Positions 35,001-47,900 of a stretch of 64,000 nt of DNA are shown here, one piece after another (the first letter of the stretch is position 1; every line of letters begins with the position of its first letter). The notes under the pieces are model-generated. The model saw nothing but the letters and a program-made list of their open reading frames with translations. It had not been told where the DNA came from and did no database searches. The position numbers and the translations under genes are program-made. The DNA is taken from assembly GCF_964355755.1 (NCBI RefSeq), contig NC_092678.1:15543881-15607880 (forward strand), given 5' to 3'. Origin of the DNA: Antedon mediterranea. Its lineage: Eukaryota; Animalia; Echinodermata.

Positions 35001-38000
35001 AAGAATGACCTTTTTAAAGGATCATTTATTTTTCCACATACATTGCAATACCTACCTGGGACGCCCTGTATGACCTGACCAAAGTGGGTTTGCATGGTAC
35101 TCCTCACTGCCTCTGATTTCTAAACGATGACCAATATCTCGCAAAATATCAAGCAGTATTTTGAGTATGTCCTCCACTAGATGAGTCAGGTGCTGAAGTG
35201 CCTGTAATGATTTGACAAAAAAAAAAAATGTCTACATTTATTAAACCAACATAAATTAAATAATTATTAAATACAAAATGAAGAACTCTAGTTTCATAAT
35301 GTGAACTACTGTACACAACATGAATGCTGTAGGCCTACTACAGTCGAATCGTAGTGGAATTGTCATTTATAAATATTTTACATACTCTTACTCTCAGTTT
35401 ATCGAATCTAAAACATTTAAGTCTGATTATCATCATTCCGTCTCTCTCCCCAGTTTTGGAGGGTCCCTTTTAAAATTGTCAAAAGAAAAACAAAAGCCAA
35501 GGCTATACCTATGCCTCTGTATCATGTAAGTTAGACCTACACTACAGTACTCTATGCCTTTAGTATAATAGCTCAGTACCATTAAATGAGATTATCAGGA
35601 GTAAAGTAGCCTAGACCTAGGCCTGTAGCTAGGCATCAGTAGGCTAGTCCGTTGGCTCTGGACCTATGACTACGGGTAAGCCAAAAAATGCTAGGTACGA
35701 GTGAGCCAAAATTTGAATACGAGTTGGTATATGTACTTGTATTCCAGTATATTAGTTAGGGCCCCTAGATAAAATAAGTAGCTCTAGGCCTAGGCTAGTA
35801 GTAGGCCTAGCTGGGTGTGGGGCTAGCTAGGCCTATACGTAACCTCTAGCCAGGGCCAGGCCTACCAGCCTAGTAAATAGGTCCTCCCTGCCTATTATTA
35901 GGTATCCCAATGTAAAAATTCAAATTAATGATGGTACTTTTTCTTTCAGTTAATCAGAAGGAACTTACTGAACATAAACTTTTGCAATTTAAATGATTGA
36001 AATCGGATTATCCATTCAAAAGTTATGGTCCATTAAAGTGCCCAAAAAACAGTGATTTTTGCTTGAAAAACGGCACTTTTTCTAATTATATTTGAACCCA
36101 TTTTTGAAGGGTTATAACTTTTATACTAATAATTTTAAAGTTCTTATTTTTTCCAAACCCATAGATACAACAGAGTTGTACAAGAATTTTTTTTTTTGGG
36201 TGTCCTCGACATTTTTTTTTTTAGATATCGCCCTCCAAAATTCGTCCGAGGGCTTTTTACGCGTGATTTTCCCAATGTCTCAAAAATGCCCAAAAAGTTC
36301 CTGTCTTTAAATGATTCATAACTTTTGAACCAATGTGTGAATTAACTTCTTTTTTTTTGCATTGCATAAAATTTAATATGTATTTTAGTAAGGTTATTTA
36401 TATTGACAGGTAGGTAATTCTGAAATACAACATAAAATATTGTTAAAAAATGTTAAAATGTGAAAAAAAAAAATAATGCGTTAAAAAACTGTGTGGGTAT
36501 TGTTTCTTTTCATTAAATATTATTTTTCGTAAGTATACATTTTTTTTTTAATTCTAGTATTTAAAGTTATATTTATAATCATATATTATTTTAATTGATT
36601 TTCGAACCGCCAAAAATAAGAATTAAGCCCGTGCTTATTATGTGTTCGATTCCATTTGGAGCGCCGGGCCGAACGTAGACTCGGCCGCGCCTACTACAAG
36701 TTAAGTTATATAGGCCCCTAAGACTAAGGTCTAAATAAAAGCCTGGCGCTAAATTCTGCCTAAGACTAAGAAATATCGGGAAGAAATTTTTTATTTAACA
36801 AAGTAATTACCTCAATGGTATAATTGTAACATGTTTAATTTTATTTCCCTTTCGATTATTCTAACCGAAAGTTGCACTTTGAATTGAAATATACGGAATA
36901 AAATTTAGGCCTAGAAACAGCGTAGACATACAACGGCAACACAGGCCAAAGCGCGTTTCGGCCGCCTACATAGAATGGCTTACGGCCGCTGCATAGCAAA
37001 ATCAAAGCTTCTTAAATTTCTTCGGTACATTTCTTCCTAACGTACTTGCTTTATATAGTAGATTTATAAATATTCCACTTATTAAATAATTTAATAAATC
37101 GGTAAAATTGACGTTTCGAAGCAAATATTCCATGAGAGGCGACATTTTTCGACATGCCTCGTGTGCGGCGAAGACTAGTTCAGAAAATGGAACAGTCCAC
37201 TGCAGGGGTTATCCAATCATTAATTAACGCGCTAATACATGCATACCATGCACATTGTCTGGGCGACGGTAATTTAGTAATAAGCGGAGAACTGAATCCC
37301 CCCCGTAAGGAAAATGGTAAACACTGATATTTTTGGTAGGGATTATTTTTTTCAGTGGTTGGTCTTGTTGGCCTCTTCGCACGAGGTCCACGCAAAGTCA
37401 AATAAAACGATGTGGTTTATCAAACAAAAATATAAATTAGCTTCAATTCAATACTAAATTAGCCAAATTTTGATAATGAGAAAGACTAAAAAATTCAATT
37501 TTTATCGTTAAAATTGACATTTGAGGCGGATGTACATAATAATAATAACCGATTTACATATCAAAATAAAGAGTATTTAAAGCCTGATAACATGCAACAA
37601 AAATTACTCCACCACCTATTATGGACCTCGTGCGATCGTGTTTTGAAAATGGGTAGGTGTTTTCCAAAGTTATTTTTAGCGCGCGGATTTCGGCTCGCCG
37701 GCTTTTGTACCTCATTTTTAACTCGAGTTTTCTATTAAAATATTTAATAAACATAGATTAAAAATATATGAAAATAATCCCTTAAACAAGATCTTTCCAG
37801 ACATATAATTTTTTTTCACATGTGTATATAAGAAATAGTATATTTTTAACTTCAAAGACACGTCACTTTTTGAAATTTCACGAACGTGTTAAAATCGCGG
37901 TAACGAAAATCCGCTTCATTGGGATACCTACTATTATAGGCCTAGGCTTATCCTGATTTTAACACCAGGCCTAGGCTGGCTGGGCCTGGGCATAATATAA

Positions 38001-38299
38001 ATAATGGGCTAATAATATAGACTTGGGTCTGCCAGGCCTAGACCTAGGCTATAGGTAGAGTATAATAGATAGCTTTAGTATATGCGTCGGATTCCCCCTT
38101 TATAGGCCTACTAGCTAGGGCTAGGCCTAGGTCTACCACCTACCTCGACACTGACTACCATTGCAACAATGTAGATGAATATCCTACAATGTTCTTCCCA
38201 TAACCTCTGTATTCTTTCAACATTGTTTGTGTCCGATGAATCATTTAAAAATTCACCCAATAGATCTATGATTCCTTCAGTGTATTCATTAAACGCCAT
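32051..38299 (-). CDS. DDE integrase-core transposase with N-terminal HTH, 5 exons, ~475 aa
   Basis: Exons 38299-38144, 35201-35056, 34097-33862, 33444-33312, 32807-32051 join in frame (1428 nt); [42 protein letters not shown] (D), [12 protein letters not shown] (D), [13 protein letters not shown] (E), WNHHGLRT. Confidence 0.9.
34451..34991 (+). mobile_element. Non-autonomous Kolobok element (copy 2, uninterrupted, 541 bp) in transposase intron 2
   Basis: TTAA-AGATGTATTGTCCCTT ... AAGGGACAATACATCT-TTAA; absent from the left-arm copy of this intron. Confidence 0.85.
35899..37930. mobile_element. Non-autonomous DNA transposon (hAT-like TAG..CTA ends) in transposase intron 1
   Basis: 14-bp TIR TAGGTATCCCAATG / CATTGGGATACCTA; flanking direct repeat CTATTAT (7 bp); absent from the left arm. 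Confidence 0.7.
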
Positions 38300-38394
38300 T
38301 TCTACAGTCTGATTTCTCTCACTTTCTTTGACAAGAGAGAGAATTGAAGAAAGGACGAGAACCGGAAATTCTAGCCACGCCTCATCTCTCGATA

Positions 38395-38760
38395 TGCGCG
38401 ATGTGGAAAAACTCAACACGCGCGATGCGTAAAAACTCGACACGCGCGATGTGCAAAAACTCAACACGCGCGACGTGTATAAACTCAACACGCGCGATGT
38501 GTATTCACTCAACACGCGCGACGTGTATAAACTCAACACGCGCGATGTCAACATAACACGCGCGATGTCAACATAACACGCGCGACGTGCAAACTCAACA
38601 CGCGCGATGTCAACATAACACGCGCGACGTGTAAACTCAACACGCGCGATGTCAACATAACACGAGCGATGTACAAACTCAACACGAGCGATGCCTCCAT
38701 AACACGAGCGATGTGTTAAACTCAACACGAGCGATGTCTACATAACACGAGCGAGGTCAA
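38395..38760 (-). repeat. Right subterminal array of the IS3EU-like element
   Basis: (AAACTCAACACGCGCGATGTG)n and ACATAACACGCGCGATGTC variants, inverse of 21440-21760. Confidence 0.92.
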
Positions 38761-39245
38761 CTTGACATAGTTATGTCCGTCCTGGCGTGCCATACTATAC
38801 TTATCACACCCCACACTGCTTTTTTGAAAACAAACGCTTCCCAGAACAAATTCAACTTCTAATGAGAAGAGTATACATAGCTAAGTATAGGCCTATAGGG
38901 TATAAGTACGTTGTAAACTTTGTAAATGAATAGGTGTCATATAGGCTGATAATTAAAATATCTAATTTTGATCTGCGGGACCCCAGCCTTCTTTCTCCTC
39001 TCACCATCCCAGCCACAATTAACAAACCTTAACAACTCTACCCCTGTACAGTTCGAATTTAGTAACTTTTCCTAGTAAAATTCCAATCATATATACTTCA
39101 TTACGCCAGTATTTCGGCTACGCTCTTCCTTCCTCCCAACACACCCCAGATAATGGGTGATGTGTTTATAAGACGGTTCCAGTACAAATTATGTTAGCCA
39201 TCCAGGGCCGTAGCCAGGATCTGTCAAGGGGGGTTCGGACACTAA

Positions 39246-40186
39246 ATCGTGGTTCCCACTAGCGACGCAACACAAGGACGTAACGCAACGCAAGTGAATT
39301 GACCAATCACAAGCGATGGCTTATTCGCTTGTGATTGCAAACTGTCTATGGGCCTGTTTCTGCTGCAACTGCTCAAAATACGGTATAAAAATACGGTATA
39401 AAATACGGTATTTTTTATACCGTATTTTTTAGTACCCCGGTCTGCTAACAATACTTCTTGGGTGGTCGTGTTAATTTGGTCGATAATTAAAAGTCGCAAT
39501 AAAGGAAGTTTTACGTCTCACTTTCAACAGCCTAGCCCTAGTGATAGAGATGTTGTGAGAGCACAGAAAACATCGTAATGGGGACAATTAATTCGTTCCC
39601 TCCCCGAGTTATTGTATTTTGCAATGTTGTACTGCTTTCGCAGGCTCTTCAGCTTTGAGTTTACTTGCTTTGGAGACAAGTTTATTCCATATTCCTGCTT
39701 TATTTTGTTATAAATGTCTTTATAAATGTGGTTGTCCCTTTTATTACCTTTTAGCTTCCCCACACACATTTATTAAGTAAAACTGTGACGTCTTCGCTCC
39801 ACATTTTCGCCGAATATATCTATACACGTGTGTAAAGCAGCTGACAGCGACAGAAAATAAAAACACGAATGTTCCCCTTTTGTCATGTAAAAAAAAAATA
39901 CGGTATTTTTTATTGGCAGCAGAAACGGGTACAAAAAATACGGTATAAGTTTGTAAATACCGTATTTTATCCACAACTTTTGTGGGGAAAATACGGTATA
40001 CAAAATACGGTATATTTTTTATGAGCGCAGTTTCTGCTGCCAAAAATATACTGTATTAAAAAAATACCGTATAATATATGGTATTTAGTTGGCAGCAGAA
40101 ACAGGGCCTATAACTTCGCTTGTCATTGGTTAAAACGCTTGCGTTGCGTTTACGTCATTGCGTTACGTTCTAGTGGGAACCAAGCT
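39246..40186. mobile_element. Harbinger-like MITE (TGGTTCCCACTAG TIR) hosting a second Harbinger; partial copy at 59535-59666
   Basis: TGGTTCCCACTAGCGACGCAAC ... GTTACGTTCTAGTGGGAACCAAGCT, flanked by TAA/TTA. Confidence 0.65.
39350..40108 (-). mobile_element. PIF/Harbinger derivative with a Myb/SANT-like ORF remnant (39524-39769)
   Basis: TIR GGGCCTGTTTCTGCTGC / GCAGCAGAAACAGGGCC; 3-bp TSD TAT; KLKGNKRDNHIYKDIYNKIK...KQVNSKLKSLRKQY...NNSGRERINCPHYD; subterminal AAAATACGGTAT repeats. Confidence 0.78.
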
Positions 40187-40531
40187 TTAGTATTTGGGTC
40201 ACTGTCCCAAGCCCATCCCCCCCCCCCCCCCGGTGTGGTCTGAGGCGAATTTTGTTAAATGACACCCCTTGATTGCCGGAAATGATAGTCTCGCACATAA
40301 CATTCAAAAACACTCTCATGCAGCATGCTACCATTGAACAAAACGATTGTTTGATCATTCACTCGGTATTTTGTTTTGCGTTCAAGTTACAAGCCCCAAA
40401 GCAAAATTTGGGAGAGAAGGCAAATTCAATGCTTATTATAGCCAGGGGAGGACCCAGGTAAAGTAGTTACAGAGTTGCAGGGCATTTTATCATTGTTGAA
40501 TGTTTTGATATTAGTCTAATTGTTAAAACGA

Positions 40532-42043
40532 CCTTCACAACCAAAATATTTCTTTGTAATAAAATTTATTTATCTGATTTATCAGAGCATGCATACCTAA
40601 TAACCAGACAAGAACGTATCTTTATTATTTTTACTATCAATCTATTTTCATGTCACGCAATCCATTTTTCAACAATATAGTAGTATAATAACATTTTGAT
40701 TGAATAGTGAGGGATTAGTTACAGTTTGACTTTGAATAAACCATTGGTAATTTACTGAAAATCCAAAATGAACTTGTGACTTGTGTTATAATACAAAAAA
40801 AATTATTCAATCAAAAAAACGCTCTACTACACATGAGAAATAGATGTCGGTCGATAAACTTCCTTCACAACCAAAATATTTCTTTGTAATAAAATTTATT
40901 TTAAATGGAACGCTACAAAAATAATCCTCTGCTTTATCAGAGCATGCATACCTAATAACCAGATGTAACAGGGTAACAGGTATGCTTATACCCAAATACT
41001 TGAATGATTTATCTGCTGAATCTGACTTGAATCTGAGAAACCTTGTGGGACCCATTAAAGTAAAAGCTGGAATGATAAGTGACCATGCTATAAATAGATG
41101 AGTCACCTCATCCAAGTGGCGGGAAAATAGTCATGAATATTTAGTGTATAATGTTTCAGTATGGGTCAGTTCATAAATGGACAAGGGATTTTGTTAATTG
41201 ATTTGCATTTTTAATAGTTTCTTTTTTTGTATAACCGAACTTTAAATTGATAATTACATGTGTATGACTCGAGTTACAATACAATCCTTCTGTAAACTAC
41301 GAAATAACGTTATGGTAAATGTATGTACCATCGGTTAAAAATTGTCATAGTACCCAACTGGGAATGGATGACACTTACTAGTGCCTAGCCCAAAGTGAAG
41401 GTTTTCATCTCCTTCCGACTGGTTACTAGGTAAGCATCTATATTTTTATCTCTCTTAAATTTAGAATTGTTTTACTATAGTTAATATAGTTGATTAGTTA
41501 TTTGATGTTATACTATAGTTAATATAGTTGATTAGTTAATTGATTGTTATACTAGACACAACGCAATAGTAGCCTATACTGTCGTTAATGATACGATCGA
41601 TCGATCACTGATATTTTATCTTAAATAGTAACACTGTTTTTGTTCTATCTCCTTCCGACTGGTTACTAGCTTCAATAAAAGAATTTAACTTTTCCAAACC
41701 AAGAACTGTCTCTGTGGATGATTTTATTGTGTTTGTGCCAGTGCTGCAGCTCCGGATCTTTTTTATACCTCCATGGTAGTACGAACCTGTTACACAGACA
41801 AGAACGTATCTTTATTAATTTTACTATCAATCTATTTTCATGTCACGCAATCCATTTTTCAACAATATAGTAGTATAATAATATTTTGATTGAATAATGA
41901 GGGATTAGTTACAGTTTGACTTTGAATAAACCATTGGTAATTTACTGAAAATCCAAAATGAACTTGTGTATAATACAAAAAAAATTATTCAATCAAAGAA
42001 ACGCTCTACTACACATGAGAAATAGATGTCGGTCGATAAACTT
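40532..42043 (+). repeat. Internal direct duplications
   Basis: 40606-40860 matches 41796-42042; CCTTCACAACCAAAATATTTCTTTGTAATAAAATTTATTT at 40532 and 40862; TCTCCTTCCGACTGGTTACTAG at 41408 and 41648. Confidence 0.75.
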
Positions 42044-44509
42044 CTGACGACGACTAAAACAACGACAATCTTGTTACATTTTTCACATTACCGGACTTCC
42101 CTCTCCTCTCGCAATGAACGACAGTACAGATCTTCCCTATCTAGGCTCGTGTATGTAGCATACTACTACGTTATTCACAAATTACCCACGCATAGTGACT
42201 AGAGCCATCACAGATTACCTATAATGGATCAATCATTCACACATGAATTAAAAAATTCATCGACAAACGAAATATAGCCTATATTCATTCCTTTTAAATA
42301 TTAGGCATATTGCCAATCGATTTGTCCATAATTATTGCGTTTTGCCAATTTTTAGGCCAAATCATAATTGTGCGTATAGTGTTGTATTTCCGATGCGTGT
42401 AGTACCCTATTTATCTTCATTTCCGTACGTTCGTCGTAAATAGGCCGAATTTCCGTAGTAATTTATAGACGTTCCAAAATTTGAACCGTGTTATACCGGT
42501 AACAGAGCAACGTTTGCTTCTTTCTGCAAATGTCCTCTCATTATTTTCTTTGTTTTATTTGGAGTGTGGTTTAAAAAAACACTTTTGTAAAGTTTATAGT
42601 GGATAAATGAAAATGAATTTTTGGAAAATTTGGTTTTAACATCTGACTTTATTTAGCATTTTGAAATGAATTAAAATTCCAAATTATACAATTTAACCTT
42701 TTGCTCAATATATTTATAGAAACAGCTTCATATTTTTTGTACAACTTTTTAAAATTATTAATTGATAATTAATTTACATTAATTATGTACAGTTATTAGA
42801 ATGTATTACCGTACCAAAAGTACCTTAATCGGAGACTTCCCCGTGACGTTTGCATTGAACGAAAAAAAAAATATTATAAATTTACGTGCGAGAGTACTAT
42901 TTGCGGCCATCTAGGGGTGTCATTTAACAATTTGCTTGCTCAAATACTCAGTGTCTACAGCCCTGGAGTCTTTAGGCAAACCTCTTAAGATAGTCCTGCG
43001 ACCGCCCCTGATAGCTTTATCTATATTTATTTACAGGAATGTGTTGAGGAAACTAAATATATCAATGTAAATAGGTGGTATTGATACAGTTGAGTATAGG
43101 CCTACGTATCGGCTGGTGGTCTACTGTAGAAAAAAATAATCGAATGCTATAGGCCTAATGTAAACTACAGTACATGATATCATAGATATTATAGTTTAAT
43201 ATATTAAATTCACTATAATCCTCTATGATGATGATACACTATACTTCATAGCCACACATAAATATTGTAGGTAACCGCAGCGTTCCATTTTTTTATGTAC
43301 GTCGGAAGGCTATATACTTTATAAATGCTGACTGCCAGTGATCGAAACAATAGGTACGCGGTTGTCTAGCGGTGTTCTTTGTACAACTCGTTCGTGCCCA
43401 AGCTCGCGTCAATATCATGTTACATCCTGGGACCAAAAATTCATATTATTTTTCAGGTGAAAATCGGCAACCAATTCATTTGTTTAACAAATAAGGTATG
43501 AGTTATTCACGAACGAGTTTACGAATTTTTCAATTTACAAACAACCTTTTGTATTGTGGGGCACGTATTTGGAGGATGAGGTATTGGGGATGTCGGGGAT
43601 GGGGGTTTGCAGTCGGTTAAGGGGGGTGGGGGGTCGTTGTAAAGGGGGGGTTCACCCGAATCATAAAAACCCCCCTGGCTACGGGCCTGCCATCACTCCC
43701 ACTTTCAAACAATTTCCTACCACAATTCTGGTCAATTTGATAACCTACTACACCTAGCCTAAGGCCACTATTCCCTGAACCCCAACTTTTACACCCTTTT
43801 ACACATCTCTCAACCCCCCTCTCCCACCAATTCCCCTTCCCCCTTTTTGAAATGTAGTTTAAAACCTTCCCGGTACAATTGCAATCATTTTGATACCCTA
43901 TATGTATGGTTACGTGCAGAAACAGAAATTTGTTGTATAACGAACAAACATCGAAAGTGGGGAAAAGTGATACTGCGGTCCACCAGCCTTCTGTCTCCTT
44001 TCACCACCTCACCATCAACAAACCTTAACTCCTCCCCTGGACAGTTCAAATATAGTAACTTTTCTTAGTACAATTCCAATCATATAGGCTACTTCATTAC
44101 GCTAGTATTTCGCTCCTCCTCCGCCTACAAATACACCCCAGATACACTGGATGATGTGTTGAAGACGGTTCCAGTACAAATTATGTTAATATCACTCCCA
44201 ACCCATACTCCCTCAGTGGCAGTTTTCAAATGTAGTTTGAAACATTCCAAAATACAGTTTCGGTTATGGTGATAGGCCTACATCCCCACCACAAACTCCC
44301 AGCATCTTCCCAGGGATAATTATATACTTTAAAATTTTTCAACCACAATTCTGGTGTAAGCAAAATCCCCACTATCCCCTGAACCCCACTCTCCCACAAT
44401 TGAGTTGTATCTATATACGCCTTGCTGAGGATAATTAAAATACTGTAAAACTTTTGTAGTATAATTTTACAATTCGATAGCCTACAACCCCGAGCCCTAG
44501 CAAAAAATG

Positions 44510-44935
44510 ACATCACAAAACACCTCTCGTAAAGCAACCACCTCTCTTAACGACCACACAACTATTAAAGACCACCTCTGTTAAAAACAACCAACTCTCG
44601 TAAGGGAACTCTTTTTACAGTCGACCACCTCTCGTAAGTGACCACCTCTCTTAACGACCACATCTCTCGTAAGTGACCACCTCTTCTAAGGGACAACAAC
44701 CTCTCTCTCAGACGAGAGGTGTGGTCGTTAAGAGAGGTGGTCGATTATGACAAGCGGTTCCTTAACAGAGACGGTGATCGTTCAATAGAGGTGGTCACGT
44801 ACGAGAGGTCGTTGTTACAGGAGATGGTTGATTATGAGAAGCGGTCCCTAAAGAGAGATCGTAGTCCTCTAAAAGAAGTTGTCACTTACGAGAGGTGTGG
44901 TCTTAAGAGAGGTGATCGATTATGAGAGAGACTGA
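44510..44935. mobile_element. Degenerate Tc1/pogo-type MITE with GACCACCTCTC repeats
   Basis: Tandem GACCACCTCTC(T/G)TAA units followed by inverted GAGAGGTGGTC units; ends GACTG. Confidence 0.55.
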
Positions 44936-47900
44936 TAGCTAAGTAACAAGATGCAATTGTACATGATTCAGACAAATATATAATATTAGCTAGCGATAGC
45001 AACTACATTAGCTGGGAGGCACTATTCGTTACTACATTAGCTGTTGACAATTCTACAATAGCTCGTGTTGATTTTGCATTTATTACTACATAAGCTGTTG
45101 GTGTTTCTACATTAGCTGAAGGTTTTACTACATTACCGGTGAATTGTTCTACATTCGGCTGTTTTGACATTAGCTGGCGTTTTGTACATTTGCGGTTGCA
45201 ACCTACCATTACGATTTTCATAAAACTCGAAGGTGTGTTTGTTAAAGCACGTCTGCATAATGTGAAGACTTATATATTTGATTTACAGTATAATTGTATT
45301 ATAAATTGTATTCGTGACACGTAATAGTAGGCTTAGGAGGTTTATATTCTTTGTACTCACTTTTTAAACACGGTGAAATCATATTATATTGTGGAAATTA
45401 TGAATCTATTCAAGGTAATGTAGCTTCCTTTTTATTCATCAGAATACCTTTTTTTACTCAGGCTGAGCACTATGGTTCTGGTGGTTTGCTTTGTAACGTG
45501 AACGACATACTAGTCATATTAGAGCAATCTATCTCACTTATACGCATTTACATTTTACATATACGAACACGGTTGAATTCATATTATTATTTAGAAAAAA
45601 TAATTTAGATTCGGTTGGAGAGCTATAATGTGTAGCTAGCCAGTTTCATCGGCGCATCTACCCTAAGCCTGGCCAAAATGTTTACTTTTTTTGTCGTTTT
45701 TATGAAGTCGTTATACTAAAACTCTGTTTGAATTTTCTTTTCTTAATCTATGTTTAAGTTATGGTGGTAAAGTGTTATCTTTGCCGCGTTTAACAACTTA
45801 ATTTTCAACGAATAAATCTTAAACGTGTGAAATACAATCGGGTATAGTACGTCGAGACGCATATGTAGCCTAGCACGCGATTTTTACCCATAACTATATG
45901 CATACGGTGGTTGCCCTGCCTATTTGACGTACTTTATACCCCTGATGTCAAGAGTTGCTGATGGTATGATGTGTCGTCAATGGTTTAATAACCGTATTTA
46001 TTTTTCCAGATTTAGGGATAATCGGATTTATATATATATATAGGTTTCAAATTAAACGTAGCTTCAGTTCTTCGTTGAACGATGAAATGAAACTAAAACA
46101 ATCCATCCGCAGCAACAGTGCCAAGCTTAGTATCTCAGAAGGAACAGTTTTAGGCCTATCTTAGAGGCTACATTATCAAACAAACATAAGTATCACGATA
46201 GGAGAAATCTTTGCCTTGGAACTCATTTGCATGGACAAAAAGGCTTAAGGCAAAGTCTGTCTAATACGGTTTACCTAAGATTCGAAAACAGACACGACAC
46301 AAAAAGTGACAATATAAAGCAATAATGGCACTGGGCTTTTTTATGTCTCTATGTCTCCAAACTAACTAAAGCACACTATAACCTTACAAACAATAATATG
46401 TTAAATGTGTTTACAAATAGAAAATATGCTCTTTGTGTCAATAAACATGATGAAATAAAAACTGCATAATAAAGAAATTCTGTTAATTTTATAAAGAAAA
46501 AAAAACCACTTTATTTGACCAAACGCTAGAGCAAAGTTATGTAAGTAGAAGTTGTAGACTTGATAGTATAGTACCTTTGGTGATCTAGGGTGTTAACCAC
46601 AGCGCGGTGTATTAGAACTATGCATGTATTACACATTACTACTGTAGTCCAGTCCAGATAAGTCAAAAGTAGGGTGAAGCTACTAGAATAAATTGAATTG
46701 AAACAAAATTTGCTTTGTCTGAAAAACATTTTTCAAATAAACATCATATTCAAAGTTTACCAAAGTCGGACATCATTGGAAAGTGGGTTAATAAGAATAA
46801 ATCCAAAATGGCCGCCATTTGCTATTTTGAAGTACATATCTCTGTAACGGTTGTATTTAGACCAACTAAGTGCATTACAAATAAATATAAATGTGATATT
46901 AAACATTCTAATTAGCATATCTAAATTCCCATATGATGTACCTATGACGTCATATGGTAGTTGTGACGTCATACACATGTTATAACTGCTTTGACAATGA
47001 CATTCTACTATGCAAACAATTTAGGATCTGCAGGAAAGTTTTTTTTTTTTTTTATTCATTTCGGCAATAAACATAAAATAATAATTACAAAAACATAGAA
47101 ATATATATATGAAGTACAAGACACGAAGCCGAGGAGAGACAAAAGCATTACACAAAACGCTGTCACCGGTAAGATGTGTCTCTCCAACTAACAACAACTT
47201 AACATTCTCCTTGGTGTAATGAACATCATTTCCAAGGTTTACCAAACTCGGAAGTCAGGAGGTGGATTAAAAATCATAAATTCAAAATGGCTGCTATTTA
47301 CTATACCATTTTGAAGTTCCGTATCTCCTTAACGGTTGGTTTTAGACCACCTAAGTGCATTGCGGCTAGATATAAATGTAAGTTTAAACTTTCCAAAAAC
47401 GTGTTTTTGCGTAGTAATTTTTTGAAACACGCAAATGGTCTAATTCATGCTCTAAATTGATCAAAACGTAATTTTGAGTTTTTTTAATATTTAACGTAGC
47501 AATTTAACGTGCCTGACTTTGAACGCGTAAGTTTTTATTTGCTAATATTTTTACCCTTCACCTGAACTTTACATATAGTGAATTTTATTGATATTTTATG
47601 ACGAGTTATGCAGATATGATTGATAATGTGATTTCACAAAATGGCGTATAAATATCAAAGACAATATTTTTTTATATTTTCTTTTACCAATTTGAGATGA
47701 AGTTCTAAAAGATATCGTTGTAGGAAACACAAAACAAGATGTGTTCGTGAGTACAAATCAGTTGCGGAAATAGTAAATAAATTTTAGCAAAAAGTAAAAT
47801 GTAACATTTTATGACATCACATTTACCATTTATGATGTCATAGGTACGTCATGATATTTTAAATGATAACTAAAATTTCAACATTGCAAATAGCGGGCAT

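Larger units (their letters stand above)
21402..38794 (-). mobile_element. IS3EU-like DNA transposon, 17.4 kb, encoding a DDE transposase and a HECT E3 ligase
   Basis: Termini TATGGCACGCCAGGACGGACATAACTATG / CATAGTTATGTCCGTCCTGGCGTGCCATA (1 mismatch in ~118 bp); 6-bp TSD CTATAC (21396-21401, 38795-38800); TAY..RTA ends with a 6-bp TSD are, as I recall, the Repbase IS3EU signature. Confidence 0.88.
39203..43689. mobile_element. 4.5-kb non-autonomous DNA transposon with CAGG..CCTG ends and a 5-bp TSD
   Basis: CAGGGCCGTAGCCAGG / CCTGGCTACGGGCCTG; TSD CCATC (39198-39202, 43690-43694); empty-site homolog at 44170-44200 (CCAGTACAAATTATGTTAATATCACTCCC). Confidence 0.7.

Noticed and set aside
38300-38728. 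N-terminal 140 aa of the 205-aa ORF 38111-38728
   Set aside because: Translation of the subterminal array; only the part from the ATG at 38299 to the donor at 38144 splices in phase to the transposase
40807-41115. 102-aa hydrophobic ORF inside the CAGG element as captured cargo
   Set aside because: Non-ATG start, overlaps duplicated blocks, no motif recognised
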